A DNA stretch of 64,000 nt, from assembly GCA_012295275.1 (NCBI GenBank), contig CM022678.1, positions 6,696,001 through 6,760,000 of the forward strand, in the 5' to 3' direction. This DNA comes from Chrysomallon squamiferum. Lineage: Eukaryota; Animalia; Mollusca. The translations under genes and the position numbers were made by a program. The notes below the pieces were generated by a model that worked only from the letters and a program-made list of their open reading frames with translations, was not told the origin of the DNA and made no database searches. Every line of letters begins with the position of its first letter. Positions within the stretch are counted from its first letter, which is position 1. This document shows positions 1-14,283 of the stretch, piece by piece.

Positions 1-209
1 CACTTATAAATCATTTGTATTCAGTGAATGAATGTTGGTTTAATGACATGTAAGCACATTTGGTGTCAGTTGTTATTATAATTCGTGTCACATGGTTTTC
101 TGTAATGGCGGTGTAAGAGATCACCCCCTACAGCCATTATTAATGGGATTATTCTTGTTATCTGCGTATGTGTGTGTGTATTTGTATAATCTGTATTATG
201 TAGATGAAG

Positions 210-240
210 AGGGTGTGTGTGTGTATAATGTGTGTGGTCA

Positions 241-277
<37 letters not shown>

Positions 278-517
278 TTTAAGCACGTTTTTCTGTATGT
301 TTCTACACACACACACACCACACACACATCTGTATGAGTGTGTGTGTTCTGTGTACATATATATGTGTGTGTATGTATGTATGTATGTATGTAGGCATAT
401 ATATATATATATATATGTATGTATATGTATGTATATGTATGTATGTATGTATGTATGTATATATGTATGTATATATGTATGTATATATACATGTATGTAT
501 GTATGTATGTATGTATG

Positions 518-554
<37 letters not shown>

Positions 555-610
555 ATGTATAAAGATATAGATACACACAAACACACACACACACACACAC
601 ACACAAACGT
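210..610. repeat. Compound (GT)n/(TA)n/(GTAT)n/(CA)n microsatellite, representative of dozens across the window
   Basis: Seen directly. Similar (GA)n, (CT)n, (CA)n and (TA)n tracts occur at 1410, 9388, 12627, 13043, 23805, 39401, 42968, 51108, 51939, 62525 and 63790. Confidence 0.95.
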
Positions 611-900
611 ATATCTTTAACATCTGTGCATGCATGGTGTGTGCATGTGTGTTTATGTAAAATATGAATATACATACACATGTGTTGCATGCTTGTTTAA
701 CATCATCCACATCAGCTACACAAAACCTACACAACAAATTGCTACAATTATAAACTCGCAAAAAGAATAATCACACATCTCTGTTAATCAATTTGCGACA
801 ATCAAATTACATTTCCCCCCTGCCATAATAATCAATTTACCTAATATTCGACGGCAAACAAGCAATTAAAAGAAACAAAATTGGTTATTAATATAATATA

Positions 901-936
<36 letters not shown>

Positions 937-1406
937 GATGCTGGGGTTTTGTTATTTTACAGACAAGGCAATCAATAAGTAATTAGCCAAATTATAGCAG
1001 TATTTGTCAGCTAACTGTTTACATTCAGTGTGGAATAGCAATTGCTGGCTAAGCTTCCGTCGGATAACTGTTGAAGTACGCCTGTTCTGGACATGACCTT
1101 TGACCTCCCTAGACAGTTCTGGCAATCCTTTTCTTATAATGGTAGACGTTATCATTTTATTATTTTTATTTTATTTTTTATTTTGTTTAAATTATTTAAC
1201 TTTTTTATGTTTATTTTTGCTCGCTCTCTCTCTCCAATAACTTCTCCTATTAAACTCAAATTTACAGGCTATTCTGTTTATCTTTCAATTCTATTGTATG
1301 CAGATATAGATACAGATATACAGACACAGGGGAAGAAAGAGAAAAAGAAGAGAGAAGAAAGAATGACAGGAATAGAGACAGAAAAGTGATAAAGAAAGAC
1401 AGATAA

Positions 1407-1477
<71 letters not shown>

Positions 1478-2318
1478 ACATATGGATATTTAGACAAAGA
1501 ATAAAACACAATATTTAACAAATCTTTAGATACTGTAGACACACACACACACACACACACACACATTCTTTTCACTCCCTCAAAACCATCCCCCAAAAAC
1601 CACTTTCCCCCCATCTCCTCTTACACCTCTAATCCACAACCCTCCCCCCCCACACACACACACACATACACTTTTCTTTCACGATCTGAAGAAAAGATAA
1701 ACTAAATCCACAGAAGTCAAAAATCTGGATCAGACCAGACAAATTATCGTCCATATTTATTGATCTGCGAGTGTGTCCGAGAGTGACTTATTTTTCTTCC
1801 AGTTCGCCAATGAAAGCAGTGAGATGCATTCTGCTCCCGGACTGGCGAATGAGTTCCCTGATGCATCATTGTCTGATCGAGAGAAACTAATCAGAGGGAA
1901 AGAAAACCCTGCTGGACAATGACAAGGAGAAGAAGAAGAAGAAGAAGAAGAAGAAGAAGAGCAGTGAAAAATACTGCGTTCTTTTTTACTTTGATCCGAC
2001 ATCTTCACGTCAAAAGTGTCACGAGTGTCTGTCTGTCTGTCTGTGTGTGTGTGTGTGTGTGTGTGTTGTCTTGTCTTGTCTTGTCTTGTCTGTCCATTTC
2101 ATAGTTTAAGGGCATTTTTTTTTTTTTTTTTTTATCTGTTGGTCAGTTTTCATTTATTCTATTTTCAAATTGATGTGAGTATAATATGATCCTTTTTTAC
2201 CCCATGTTAATGTTTTTTTTTGTCTGTTATAGTGAGGTTTTTTTTGTAGTTTTATTTTTTTATTTTTTTTTTCTGTGTGTTTTTCCTTCACTCCCTCAAA
2301 ATCTCTATCTACAGAACT

Positions 2319-2485
2319 CAGAGGCTTAGCATTGGTAATCAGCACCCAAGGCAAAACAAGTGTGCTATGCCCCCTAATCCATGAAAATTAGTGATCCACA
2401 AGCCTGTTCCACTAGTCCAATAGTGAACCAAACAATTCTGTGCCTGAGGCAACCGCCCCTTTGCCCTGCCCATGCTACACCCACT
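2319..2485. mobile_element. Degenerate short MITE-like element
   Basis: GC-richer island with imperfect inverted ends (cagaggcttagcat ... atgctacacccact) and subterminal gcacccaaggcaa / gcctgaggcaa repeats. Confidence 0.3.
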
Positions 2486-3374
2486 AACAGTCCTTCTCTC
2501 ACTCACTCACTCACTCACTCCCTCGCTCTCACAGACAATTTCACAAAAAAAAGTCCATAACATAATAATTTCAAGAAAAATAACCACCTATCAATAATTT
2601 CTCAGTTTTTCATCCCAGTCATTATTTCATCAATGCTTATTCAGTAATATATTGATATATAAAAAACCTGGTCAGGCAGTTACTAATTTAATCATTTCAG
2701 AAATTCAATATTTATACTGGCACAGTTTCAGAAAACAATTAGTCCCCCAAAAATATAACTGATGTGTCTAATAATTTCATGAAAAAAATATTGAATAATG
2801 TAACCATTATCATAATATGCTTGTCCTCCAGTATATAATTCCATAATCATATTCACTGCCATTATTATTATTTCATGAAATCCTATCCAATAATGTTGTC
2901 CAGTAACATGGATAAAAATACATAAAATAGTTGTCCAACCATATTTTTATTTCTATAATTTCATAATACGGATGTATAAATTTCTTAAGTCCAGCGTTTT
3001 ATTAGCCATAATTTAATCAAATTCCAATAACGCAGTAATTTTATATATTTGTTCAATAATAATGTCAAAAACAAATTCAATACTACCATAAACTTCATGG
3101 ATTACTGTCCAATAATGCAAACATTTCGTGAAATAAAATTTATTGGCATAATTTCATACGCAAATATGTCTAATAACAATTTCATCGTGACTACAATATT
3201 TTCATTGCCATAATTTCCTGAAACTGCGTCCGATATTGCAACAGTTCCTCAATACGGACGTGCAATAATTCAATCATTTCACTGTCCGGTTATTGTACGA
3301 GTCTAATACCGCACACAAATTTCATAATGTGGTTGTTCGGAATCGGTAATTTAATAACAACCTCGTCATACTGC

Positions 3375-3423
<49 letters not shown>

Positions 3424-3599
3424 CATTGCTCTGCGGCATACAATGATAAGCATCAGCATGGTAATTTTGTCACTGGCAACGCAAAATAACAGAAAAAATT
3501 GAAAAATAGAAAAAATTAAAAATTAAAAAAAAAGTGGGTTGTTTAATAAACTTTGTTCATTTCTTTATTCTGTGACCATCTGATAATCAGTCCATGGCT

Positions 3600-3632
<33 letters not shown>

Positions 3633-3926
3633 ACATAATGACAATTACAACAACATTAGAGATCTGCATAATGTCCAGTTCAGGATTTGAAGACGGACCC
3701 CCCAGGGAGTTACTGGGGTGGATTACAGAGGAGATGGGGGAGGGATAAGGTTTTTTTGTATTTTTTAACTTATTGGGTTACACAGATAAGGTGGAGAGAT
3801 AAATGAATAATTGTAGTTATTGAATAATAAAATAAATAAAAAAAGTTGTTTGATGTATTTAATATTGTTTGGTGGTATTTAATTAGATGTAGTAGGGTCT
3901 TTTTTCTTTTTGTTTGGTTTCATTAG

Positions 3927-3957
<31 letters not shown>

Positions 3958-4239
3958 ATATATATGATGTCAATAAAGAAATTTAATTCTTAAAACTTGT
4001 AATTTTTATTACTATTAAACTATTTTTAATGGTAACAATTTTTTTTTTTTTATATCATTATTAAACTGGTAACTCATAAAATTACTATTTTTATATTTGT
4101 TATAATATCAAAATTATTTTCATTATCTGTAAAATATCCATATATTTTTTTTAATTTTCATTAGTACTAAAATGACTTCACTGGTGTTTATAAAATTATT
4201 ACTATTTTTTTGTATTATTACTACTACTATTTTAATTTC

Positions 4240-4273
<34 letters not shown>

Positions 4274-4599
4274 AATTATTATAAATTATTTTAACTTCTA
4301 TCATCATCAACAACATCATCATCATACACCAACAGCAGAACGAATTCTTATTTTTACTTCCATTAAAAAAAAATTAAAAACTTTGCCCTAGGTTAGACAC
4401 ACAGTTTCTGTAATCGGAACACAAAAAAAAAAAAATAATTTGCAGCAAATAAAAATATTAATAATAAATGATGACATTAGCCCCCCCCCCACCATCGCCC
4501 AGGCGTGTGCAGTCCCGTGACATTTAAATATTTATGTCGCAGGGTTAGAATGTAAAGCGCTCGATGTTTAATTACGTTTTGCATAATCTGTAAGGTTTA

Positions 4600-5120
4600 A
4601 AATGTTGATGTGGAGTGGATAGAAAGGTGAGTAAATGATGAAAAGGATGAATGAAAGGAATGAATGAGAGAGTATGGATGAACAGGGAGTAAGTAAATGA
4701 TGAATGAAAGAATGAAGGAATGAATGAATGAAAGGATGAATTAAAAAATATGGATAAACAGGGAATAAGTAAATAAAAGAAAGAATGAAAGAAGGAATGA
4801 AAGGAAAAGAATATGGATAAACAGTGAATGAGTAAATGATGAAAGAAAGAATGAAAGTGAATGAAAGAATGAAAGAATATGGATGAACAGCCAATGGGTA
4901 AATGATGAAAGAATGAATTAAGAAAGACGAAAGAATGAACAAAAGAATGAACGAAAGAATATGGATGAACAATGAATAAGTAAATGATGAAAGAATGAAT
5001 TTAAAAAAAAATAATGAATGAAATGAATATGGATGAACAATGAATAAATGAAAAAAATGATGAAAGAATAAATTATGAAAGTTTGAACTCTGAATAAATG
5101 ACGAAAGAATAAATGTATGA
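4600..5120. repeat. Degenerate purine-rich minisatellite
   Basis: Recurring aatatggatgaaca...gtaaatgatgaaagaatgaa. Confidence 0.75.
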
Positions 5121-6383
5121 ATAACGATGTGAATTAAAGAAGTAATAATAACAAGATTTGATGAACAAAATCTTTTTGTCTTTCATAAAAAGTAAATATC
5201 AATTATTTTTAAAATAAAGAATCAAACAAGCATTTATTGTTGATTGTTATTCATCTTCTTCATCTTATAATTATAATTATTATTAATATAATTAATATTA
5301 TTATTCACATCATTACCACCAGGTGGTTGGAAAAAAAAAAAAACAAAAAGAAAATTATCCTTTTAGATCTACTGAAACCAATAAGGATTTCCATTATTCT
5401 TTTTTTTTTTTTCTTCCTAAAAAAAAAAAAAAAAACATAAACAAATAAAAGTTTTCATTGACTGTCAATAGCTGTCATACATTAAATCACCTGTGACAAA
5501 AAAAAAAAAAAAAAAAATTAGAAATATGAAGAACGAAAGGACAAATAAAGATTCAAAAATTCAAAAACAAAAAAACTTTTTTTTTTTTTTACCCCAAAAG
5601 GTCACGGACCAAGACCAGATCATTGACCGAATTTGCGCGTCTAGTTATTAGTAACAAACAAAACAAAAAAAAAAAAAAAAAAAGAAGAAGAAAGGAAAAG
5701 AAAAGAAAAAACATTTTAAAAAACCCCTCTCACACACAACCCGAACGTTTTTGTTACGACGAAAACACATGTTCCCATAATAGCCCACCAACACCACCAG
5801 GTCATCGAGGCATGACCTATGACCCGGGGGGCGGAGATTGTAGAATTTTTTTTTTTTTTTTTTTTTTAAAGATCTGGGTAGAGTGACACTCAAGCTGGGC
5901 AGGTTACAATGCCAATGACACAAAGACCCTTAACCCTTCGTTTTTGTGGTTGGCTTCGGGTTACTGAACGCACAATGTAACGTAATAACAGCTTCGTTGT
6001 TTTGGAAAGTGCCCACTGGGCCTCGCTCTCACGGGGAGCCATTATTACGTACTTAACACTACCCCGGTCGCAAGGCGGGTGTTGGCTAAGAGGAACAAAG
6101 GGGATGAAAAACGACAAGAGGGACGTATGAAAAATACAAGTTTGACCACAAAAAAGCCACCTGCAATTCGACAAGCCAGTGGCTTAATGACTTGACCTGT
6201 TTTTTTTCAGAATCTAGGTCGCCAGAAGTGTAAAATAGCTAATTCGGGTTTTAGCTTGTCACTTCCCTTTTCGTGATGTATCGTGTGGGGTTGGGGGTGT
6301 ATGTACTCTTTCTTTTCAGGATGTAGAAGAGGATGTGATGATTATGTTGACGATGATTCTTATTCTTCATCATCATCATCATC

Positions 6384-6448
<65 letters not shown>

Positions 6449-6779
6449 GCTTTCTAAGGATTTTTCCAACCATCTATACCTATCATTTTATAATTCATGG
6501 AATTTAACACTTTAATCATTTCAAAAAGAAAAAAAAAAGAAAAAAAAAAAAAGAAAAAAAAAAAAAGAAAGAAATAAAATAAAATAAATTGTTTTATGAC
6601 TCTTCTCAGATTTCAAATGGGCAGATTCTGGGATGTGTTCCCAGTACCAATCAGCTTTTACGTGAATGACTTAACCACGGAGAATGAAACTTACATCATG
6701 TCTAGCCATGTTAAATAAGCTATCTCAATCATCAATCAGTTTTCCCTGATGTTGCATAATTCTTAATACTAGCATTGTT

Positions 6780-7260
6780 CACTTAAAGGCAGTCACTCTG
6801 TGTTACTGTTTACAGAATGAATACGTGAAAATCAGTGATTTACTTTCCACCTTATAGAACTACTAAAGGCATTAAAACTTCCATTTTTTGTTTTTCTTTT
6901 TATAGAATCGACTAAAGAAAGTCATGCTTTGTTTTTTTCTGTTATATAAACTGTTAAAGGCAGTCACTTTTTATTTTTGTTCACAGCATGTTAAAAGGAA
7001 ATCACTCTTTGGTTTTGTTTATAGCAAATATTAAAGGCAGTCACTCATTTATCCTAATAATAAATAAAACAGATACTGTTAAAAAAAGGGTCCCTTTTTT
7101 GTTTTTTCTATTTACAGAAACAGTTAATCTTCTCTTCTCACTTACAACAATTCTTAAAGACAATCACCGTGTTTTATATTATTAAAGGCAGATATTATTT
7201 CTTTGAAATTTATTGTACTTCATTTTTTACAGAATTAAAGGGAGTCATAACTGTGTATGT
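6780..7260. repeat. Degenerate minisatellite of about 40 bp
   Basis: Recurring ttaaaggcagtcac...tttacagaa units. Confidence 0.65.
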
Positions 7261-8270
7261 GTATGTAATAAAATGTACATATCTATATATATATATATAT
7301 AATGAAGTATATATAAATATGTATAGTCAGCATATATATACTTCTTTATTTCCAATTTTATTTATAATATAAAAATCAAACACACATAAAGATCTATCTA
7401 CTTAAGATACTTCCTGCTTCCTCAAGCAAACAACAGTACAACAATTCCAAACAGTTCCAGTTAGAGATGAGAATACAAAAAAAAAAAAAAAAAAAAAAAA
7501 AATATCAATGAATCAATACAAGTTATTTTTACATATTTTCCAGCATCACAGAAATCATGGCATTTTACCAGATATTTCACTGAACTGATTAGATTGGGGA
7601 GAAAGAGAGAAGCTTAGTTTTCCTTTGATTGATGTTATAATTAACTACAGAGCACATGAAACCTTGGTTGGAACTGGACATTAATGTAAGGGTTATATAA
7701 ATTAGTTTGATTTTGTGTATCTGTCCAATGTGTGTATTTATGTGTGTATGTGTCTACGTGTGAGACATCAAGAGAGCTATTAAATATAGGTTGGAGCAGA
7801 AAATGACAGTAAAAGGACTGACTTTCCTTAAAATTTTCTAAAGCAAAAATTTTCCAGTTTATTTAATGGACTCCACTTTCCAGAATTATGGCTCTTCCAC
7901 TGCCATGCCAGCTTGAGTTGAGTTTATGCATGGATATAAATATGAAATGTTGATACAGTCTGCAGATGTGCAGGGAAAAAACAACAAAAAAAACAAAAAA
8001 CAATTCAAATAAGTCTCGAGTTAAATACATTCTGACCTGATTCGTTTAACTCTACTGCACTGGAACTTGTTGCCAAAAGAAAATAAAATTATAAAAATGT
8101 TGGTGGGGGGTCTGTTTTTTTTTTAAGAAACATTTATCTTTATTTATGTTAATATTTCTTGATATTATTATTATAATTTTAAATTTTTTATTTTTTATTT
8201 TATATATATATAGAAAACTGTTTGTATATGTGTAAGAGCAAATATGTTTGTAGGAATGTATGTACATGTG

Positions 8271-8303
<33 letters not shown>

Positions 8304-9301
8304 ATTGGGGCATGTAAATTTTTGCATATATAAATACATATATGTTGTATATATTTTCACATATTCATGCAATGTATTTATTTTTCATACAAATACATAT
8401 GTTTTACAGAGATAACTAGTTACATACAAATATATCTGCAATGTACATACTTTCTTTTTACATATAAAATATATAAAATATATCTCCTATGTACATTTCA
8501 TACACACCTACTATATATATATATATATATATACCTTTTCACATACATGAAATATACCTACTAAATTTTTCTCCGTATTATCAATTTTATATATAAATGT
8601 TTTTTGTACATGGGATAAACTTTCTATTTACATATTTTTACATCCATCAAATATACAACTACATACGTACTTTTTAGATATATCAAACAAGTACATATCT
8701 TTTTTATCTACCTCAAATAACCCATAATTCACATCTTTTTTATGCAAATGAAATATAACTTATAAATATATATATATATATATAAAACACAAAAGTACAT
8801 ATGTATTTTTTTACATACATCAAATATACACACTATCTCTTACATAAATGAAATATGAATGTAACTTTTTTATATATATACATCAAATGTACCGACATTT
8901 TTTTATTTATACACATTATCATTTTTTTTTTTTTTTTTTTTTTTTTCAGCTATCAGATTTATGTAACATATGCATCCTGCAATACACAGAAGGTGTGAGG
9001 TTTTTTTAATGTTTTTTTTTATTGTGCGACAGTGATATATATATATGCATGCACTGTATGTTGCACATGAAATAAACCAGGCACTGTCACTGTGCCGTGC
9101 ATTTTATGCATTTTGTCAGCCTGCCTGAACTGATACCACTGCACAGGTGTCAGCATTTGTTACCTGTCGTTAACGACGAGGAAGGTAATATGCGAAAAAC
9201 TGAGCGAGATCAAAGACCTTTTGTTGGCGCACACATGTGGTGCATGATGCTTTTTTGATAATATGTGCAAAAAGTAAAAAATATACATGTATGTACATAA
9301 G

Positions 9302-9332
<31 letters not shown>

Positions 9333-9381
9333 CTTGTAATTTCCTTATGTATCTTCAATATTAATAACAGGAAGACAGACA

Positions 9382-9454
<73 letters not shown>

Positions 9455-10341
9455 GAGAGACAGAGAGAGAGAGAGTACAGTTATTTGTAAATTTACAATT
9501 TTTTTTATATTCACATACTTATTATCTGTCTTTGTGTGTATGTGTGTCTGTGTGTTTATATGTACATATACGTATATTATTTATTATTATATATATATAT
9601 ATATATTCATTTCATTTTTATCTCATGAATGCTTATATCAAAAAGTTGGTATGGCTGGGCAGATGTTCATGTGTGTTTGTGTGAGTGTGTCTACGCAAGT
9701 AAATATTTTGAAAGAGTACATATACATTTACCTATCTGTATCAAAATATTCACACAATCATCAACCACTTTACTCAGTCTACCACAAGATTAACTCACAA
9801 AACAATAAATATTAGCCACTCAACTGCTTAACAGCTCTGCATAACAACAATAAAAGCTGTTATAAACAATATTAGTCCCAGTGTTATTTATAACACAAAA
9901 TAACAAAAGTGGCCAATCAGGTTAATTAGTGTTTTAACCATGCAATAACACTCTTAATCTCTTGGTTATGCAACAGGCATTTTTATCCTTTTTATAAAAT
10001 AAAAATAATAAAAATCTGCATTCTGATTGGCTGATCGAGTTTTGATTGACAGGTCTGTTAGGAAGTGATCGTAGAGTAATTAATGCAAGTGTTCTTCATA
10101 CATTATTAATTAGCTTTGCCAGGTTGATAGTGTCAGTGTTGTTTTTGAAAAATGTTTTAGAATAATTGTGTGAATGTGATTAAATCTCACATTAGGTTTT
10201 GCTAAATAAGCAAATATAATTGTAGTTTTGCTACGTTGGAACTGTTAGATAATATCTTATTTTTATGTTTTATTTATTTATTTATTTTTAATTTAGTTTA
10301 ATTTCTATTTTTTTTTCTTTTCTTCTTATTTGTTATTATTA

Positions 10342-10373
<32 letters not shown>

Positions 10374-10931
10374 TAGAAGATTTTTAATTTTAATTTTTGT
10401 ATTTATGCTGCTATATAAAATTTTTCTGGTTTTTTTTTTGTTTTTTTTGTTTTTTCTTCTGAATATGGATTAATGAACAATGCCATGGTAATCTATGAAA
10501 CAACAAAACAGATATTCAATTTTCTACAGCATGCAAAATGGGCTATTATTCCATTCCAAGTTATAATGATTGACACAATCTAGTCTTCTCAGGATACCTA
10601 ATAAATTATTATTCTGTTCCAACCGGTATATCAATTTTCATAATATGTGCTTTATTATAATGTGTGCTTTCACATCTAGTGAATGATGAATTATAAGGTT
10701 AACTGTTGTCACTGTAGCAAATAGACTATTATCCTGTTCTAACAGTAGCTCTGTTTTATTACATCCATGTCTGTCACTAATGGAAACCTATGATTGTTAT
10801 GCAAGAGAAACCGTGAGTAGGAGAAAATAAAAAAAGTGATCGTGCTGCTGATCAGAAAAATAATTAATACAGTGGTAGTAGTGGGTTTCCTTTCCCCAAA
10901 AAGTCATTAAAGTTTCAAGTTTCATTCAAAA

Positions 10932-10959
<28 letters not shown>

Positions 10960-10967
<8 letters not shown>

Positions 10968-11043
10968 TTATAAACCATTCTATTTTCATAATAAAATTAA
11001 TTTAAAAAAATTCAGTAATATATATTATTATGATTAATGACAC

Positions 11044-11074
<31 letters not shown>

Positions 11075-11161
11075 TAATAATAATTTATACACCATTCTAT
11101 TTTCATATTAAAATTAAATGTAAAACATTAAATAATATATATTATTATGATTAATGACATC

Positions 11162-11209
<48 letters not shown>

Positions 11210-11210
11210 C
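10960..11210. repeat. Tandem duplication of about 120 bp bounded by (AAT)n
   Basis: aatttata.accattctattttcata.taaaattaa...atatatattattatgattaatgaca occurs twice. Confidence 0.85.
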
Positions 11211-11948
11211 TAACTGCTATTCCATTATAATTATATTAAAGAATTAAAAGTAATAATAATAATACGAAAGAAAGAAAGGTGAAAATATTTCGTTATGACT
11301 GCGAGGGTATAGTTATAATTAGCATAATGATAAACTTATTTCCACCACGCATAACGACCTTCACCTAATGCCACCTTCATAACTAAAAGTGCTGTAAGTT
11401 CAGAAGATGGAAGAAAAAAAAAAAAAGGAAAGAAAAACAGCTGAGCGAACTAAACGGTTTCTGCGAAAATCGTCATCTTGAAGAAAAATGAAGCACGTGC
11501 TGTTGGCCTGCCCTAATTTTAATCGTTATCATAAAACTCGACATTTTGAAGGCATTTTCCTTGCCGCAGGCCAAATGCAACAAAAAATACGACTAACGGT
11601 AACGTAACTACTAACATGCATGTCTGTTCGTTACGTCCATTTAGTCTCAAGTTCGTGTTTTAGGCGTAACCCGAACGTTCAGTTGAGTTCGTAATTAGTA
11701 AAGGAATCAAACCGATTATCAAAAAATTAAAAAATGGAGAAACTTAAAAATATATATATTACGAAATGTAATTACTTTCTAAAACATGTTCCAACCACCT
11801 GCTGTCCAAAATGGGGGCAGTCGCTCGAGACTTTTTTTTTTTTTTTTTTTTTTTCCAACTGACATTTTAATTGACCGGCGAGCACGTAACGTTAACAAAA
11901 GCGACAAAATATAAATCTAATTTAACCTATCAAAGTTAAAACTCTTAC

Positions 11949-12250
11949 CTCAAAAGGGCGACTACTTGCGAAGCGACATTCATCTGAAATTTAGAGGTTT
12001 TTGTAAACAACTGCCCACATCTTCGCCGTTTCACACCTTTCTGACTGGAGAGCTCTAGTGACCCATATTAGCGCGCAATAGCTCGCGCTCCTGACCCAGA
12101 AAAACACTGCATAGGGGGTATATAGATCCAAGCGCGAGCATCAGCAAATATATCACATGCTTATTGGCTAAGAGGTCTGGTATTCCTCGCGCAGAAGAGA
12201 AAAGAGTAAATCGTGAATGGCGATTGGTTAGGGGAAAAAGCACTACGTGA
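11949..12250 (-). promoter_or_regulatory. Probable promoter and first exon of an unidentified minus-strand gene extending leftwards
   Basis: Strong donor GAG|gtaaga (exon end 11949). Two CCAAT boxes on the minus strand (12163-12167, 12223-12227), three CTCGCGC motifs and local CpG enrichment. Confidence 0.5.
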
Positions 12251-12294
12251 TAAAATCTTATGTGTATATGGAATGCGTTGATTCCGGCTAAAGA

Positions 12295-12328
<34 letters not shown>

Positions 12329-12626
12329 TTTATTATTTTGTTAATTAGTTTTGTTGTTCATAGTTTTATATTTTTATCATCAGTCGCACAGACGCACATT
12401 CATCAGCAGATTAAACAATAATGAAATTATTAATCAGTTTGTATTATTTTATTTTATTCTTTTTTTTTTATTTAGTTTTCGTCTTTTATGTTGTTAATGG
12501 TATATATATATATACGGCTACTGTATATTCATTGATGATACGCATCACTTGCGTTGCTACTGGCTCTATTGATGACGTCGTCAACATTGTTCCTGTTCAT
12601 TATTATTATTGCCATTATCATTACTG

Positions 12627-12706
<80 letters not shown>

Positions 12707-12820
12707 GAATGTTATGTCTTGCACTGCAGGTTGAGAGATCAATTCTCCGCAGATGTCATGTTGTGTTACTTTCTGAATTCCATAATCTTATGCGACTGGT
12801 TCATTTTATTCATTTTTTAA

Positions 12821-12880
<60 letters not shown>

Positions 12881-13040
12881 TTTTTTGTGGTTTTCTATAT
12901 ATACATATAATTTTCTGCTAATAGACAGGACTAGCCATTAGATAACAATAGCTGGTTTTTATTTCGTTTATCACTGCATAAACAGCTGCTAACAGTCACC
13001 TAATAGTTACAGGTATTAATATACTTTTAGATGTAATTAA

Positions 13041-13104
<64 letters not shown>

Positions 13105-14209
13105 TTTCCTTTAGATCAAAGCAGAATCTTCTTTCTTTCGTTGTTTCTTTTTTATAATGTATAATATATATATATATATATTACTATTGTTATTTCTGTT
13201 ATTGTTGTTGTTGTTTTATAATCATCATTATCATCAATTTATTTCATTCTCTAACCTCAGTTTTATTATTTTTCTTTAAAGTTTTTACTCTTAGTTCATT
13301 TTTGTTTTAAATTATTATTTTTTTATCTTTCGTTTCATTCTTATTTTAACCTGTTATTTAATTTTTTGAAAAATTTTAAATCGTTATTTTTTTTATATAT
13401 TTTTTTCTTCTTTATTAAACGTTCATTACTTTCTTCATTCCTTTATGATACCGTCAGTTAAAAAAAAAATAATAATAATAATAATAATAAATAAAATAAA
13501 AAAGAACAACAACAAGAATAAGATAAAAAGAAAAAAGAGAAGAAAGAAAAAAGTGATGAAAGCAGCAGTTCTAAAAATATAACAATAATAATAATAATAA
13601 TAAAATTAATAAAAAAAAAATAATAATTAAAAAATAATTATTATAATAAAATAAAGAACAAATATAACAAAATTAAATTAAAAATAAAAATAAATTTAAA
13701 AAAATAAAGAAAGAAATAAAGAAAAAACGAGAAAAAAGTAAAAAAAAGAAATCAGGAAGAGGCTGATCATATTATTGTTTTCACGGTCAATGGTTTATTT
13801 TCAAATTAATGTTTACGTTCTACGTCACTTGTAAACTCAAATAGAGGCTGCCTTGGCCAGGTGGACGTCGACATAGAGGAATAAAAAAAAAAAAAAAAAA
13901 AATGAATTGTTGCCAGGTGACAGGCAATAAATAATAGAAGTGTGACCTTTATTATTTAAACTTTTATTATTACTATTATTATTCTTGCTATTATTACTAC
14001 AGCTACTGCTATTACTACTACTTCTGTTAGTACTGTTATTATTACTGTTGTTGTCGTTGTTATTATTATTGTTGTTGTTACTGTTATTATTATGATTATT
14101 ATTGTGATTGTTGTTGTTATTACTGTTTTTGTTGTAGCTGTTATTATGACTTTTAAAAATTATTTTAGTTTAAGTTGTTGTTGTTGTCATATTATTATTA
14201 TCGTCGTCG

Positions 14210-14283
<74 letters not shown>

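Noticed and set aside
92-761. Numerous 60-190 aa ORFs ([16 protein letters not shown], poly-I/L/Y/N/M) here and throughout the window
   Set aside because: They are translations of di-, tri- and tetranucleotide microsatellites that lack stop codons; there is no coding signal.
1803-1922. Possible plus-strand terminal exon (ttcttccag|FANESSEMHSAPG...Q*)
   Set aside because: It has an acceptor-like site and 39 open codons, but no recognisable homology or partner exon, so it cannot be supported.
6610-6680. tRNA-like A/B box traces on the minus strand
   Set aside because: Too degenerate to fold as a tRNA; at most the decayed head of a tRNA-derived SINE.
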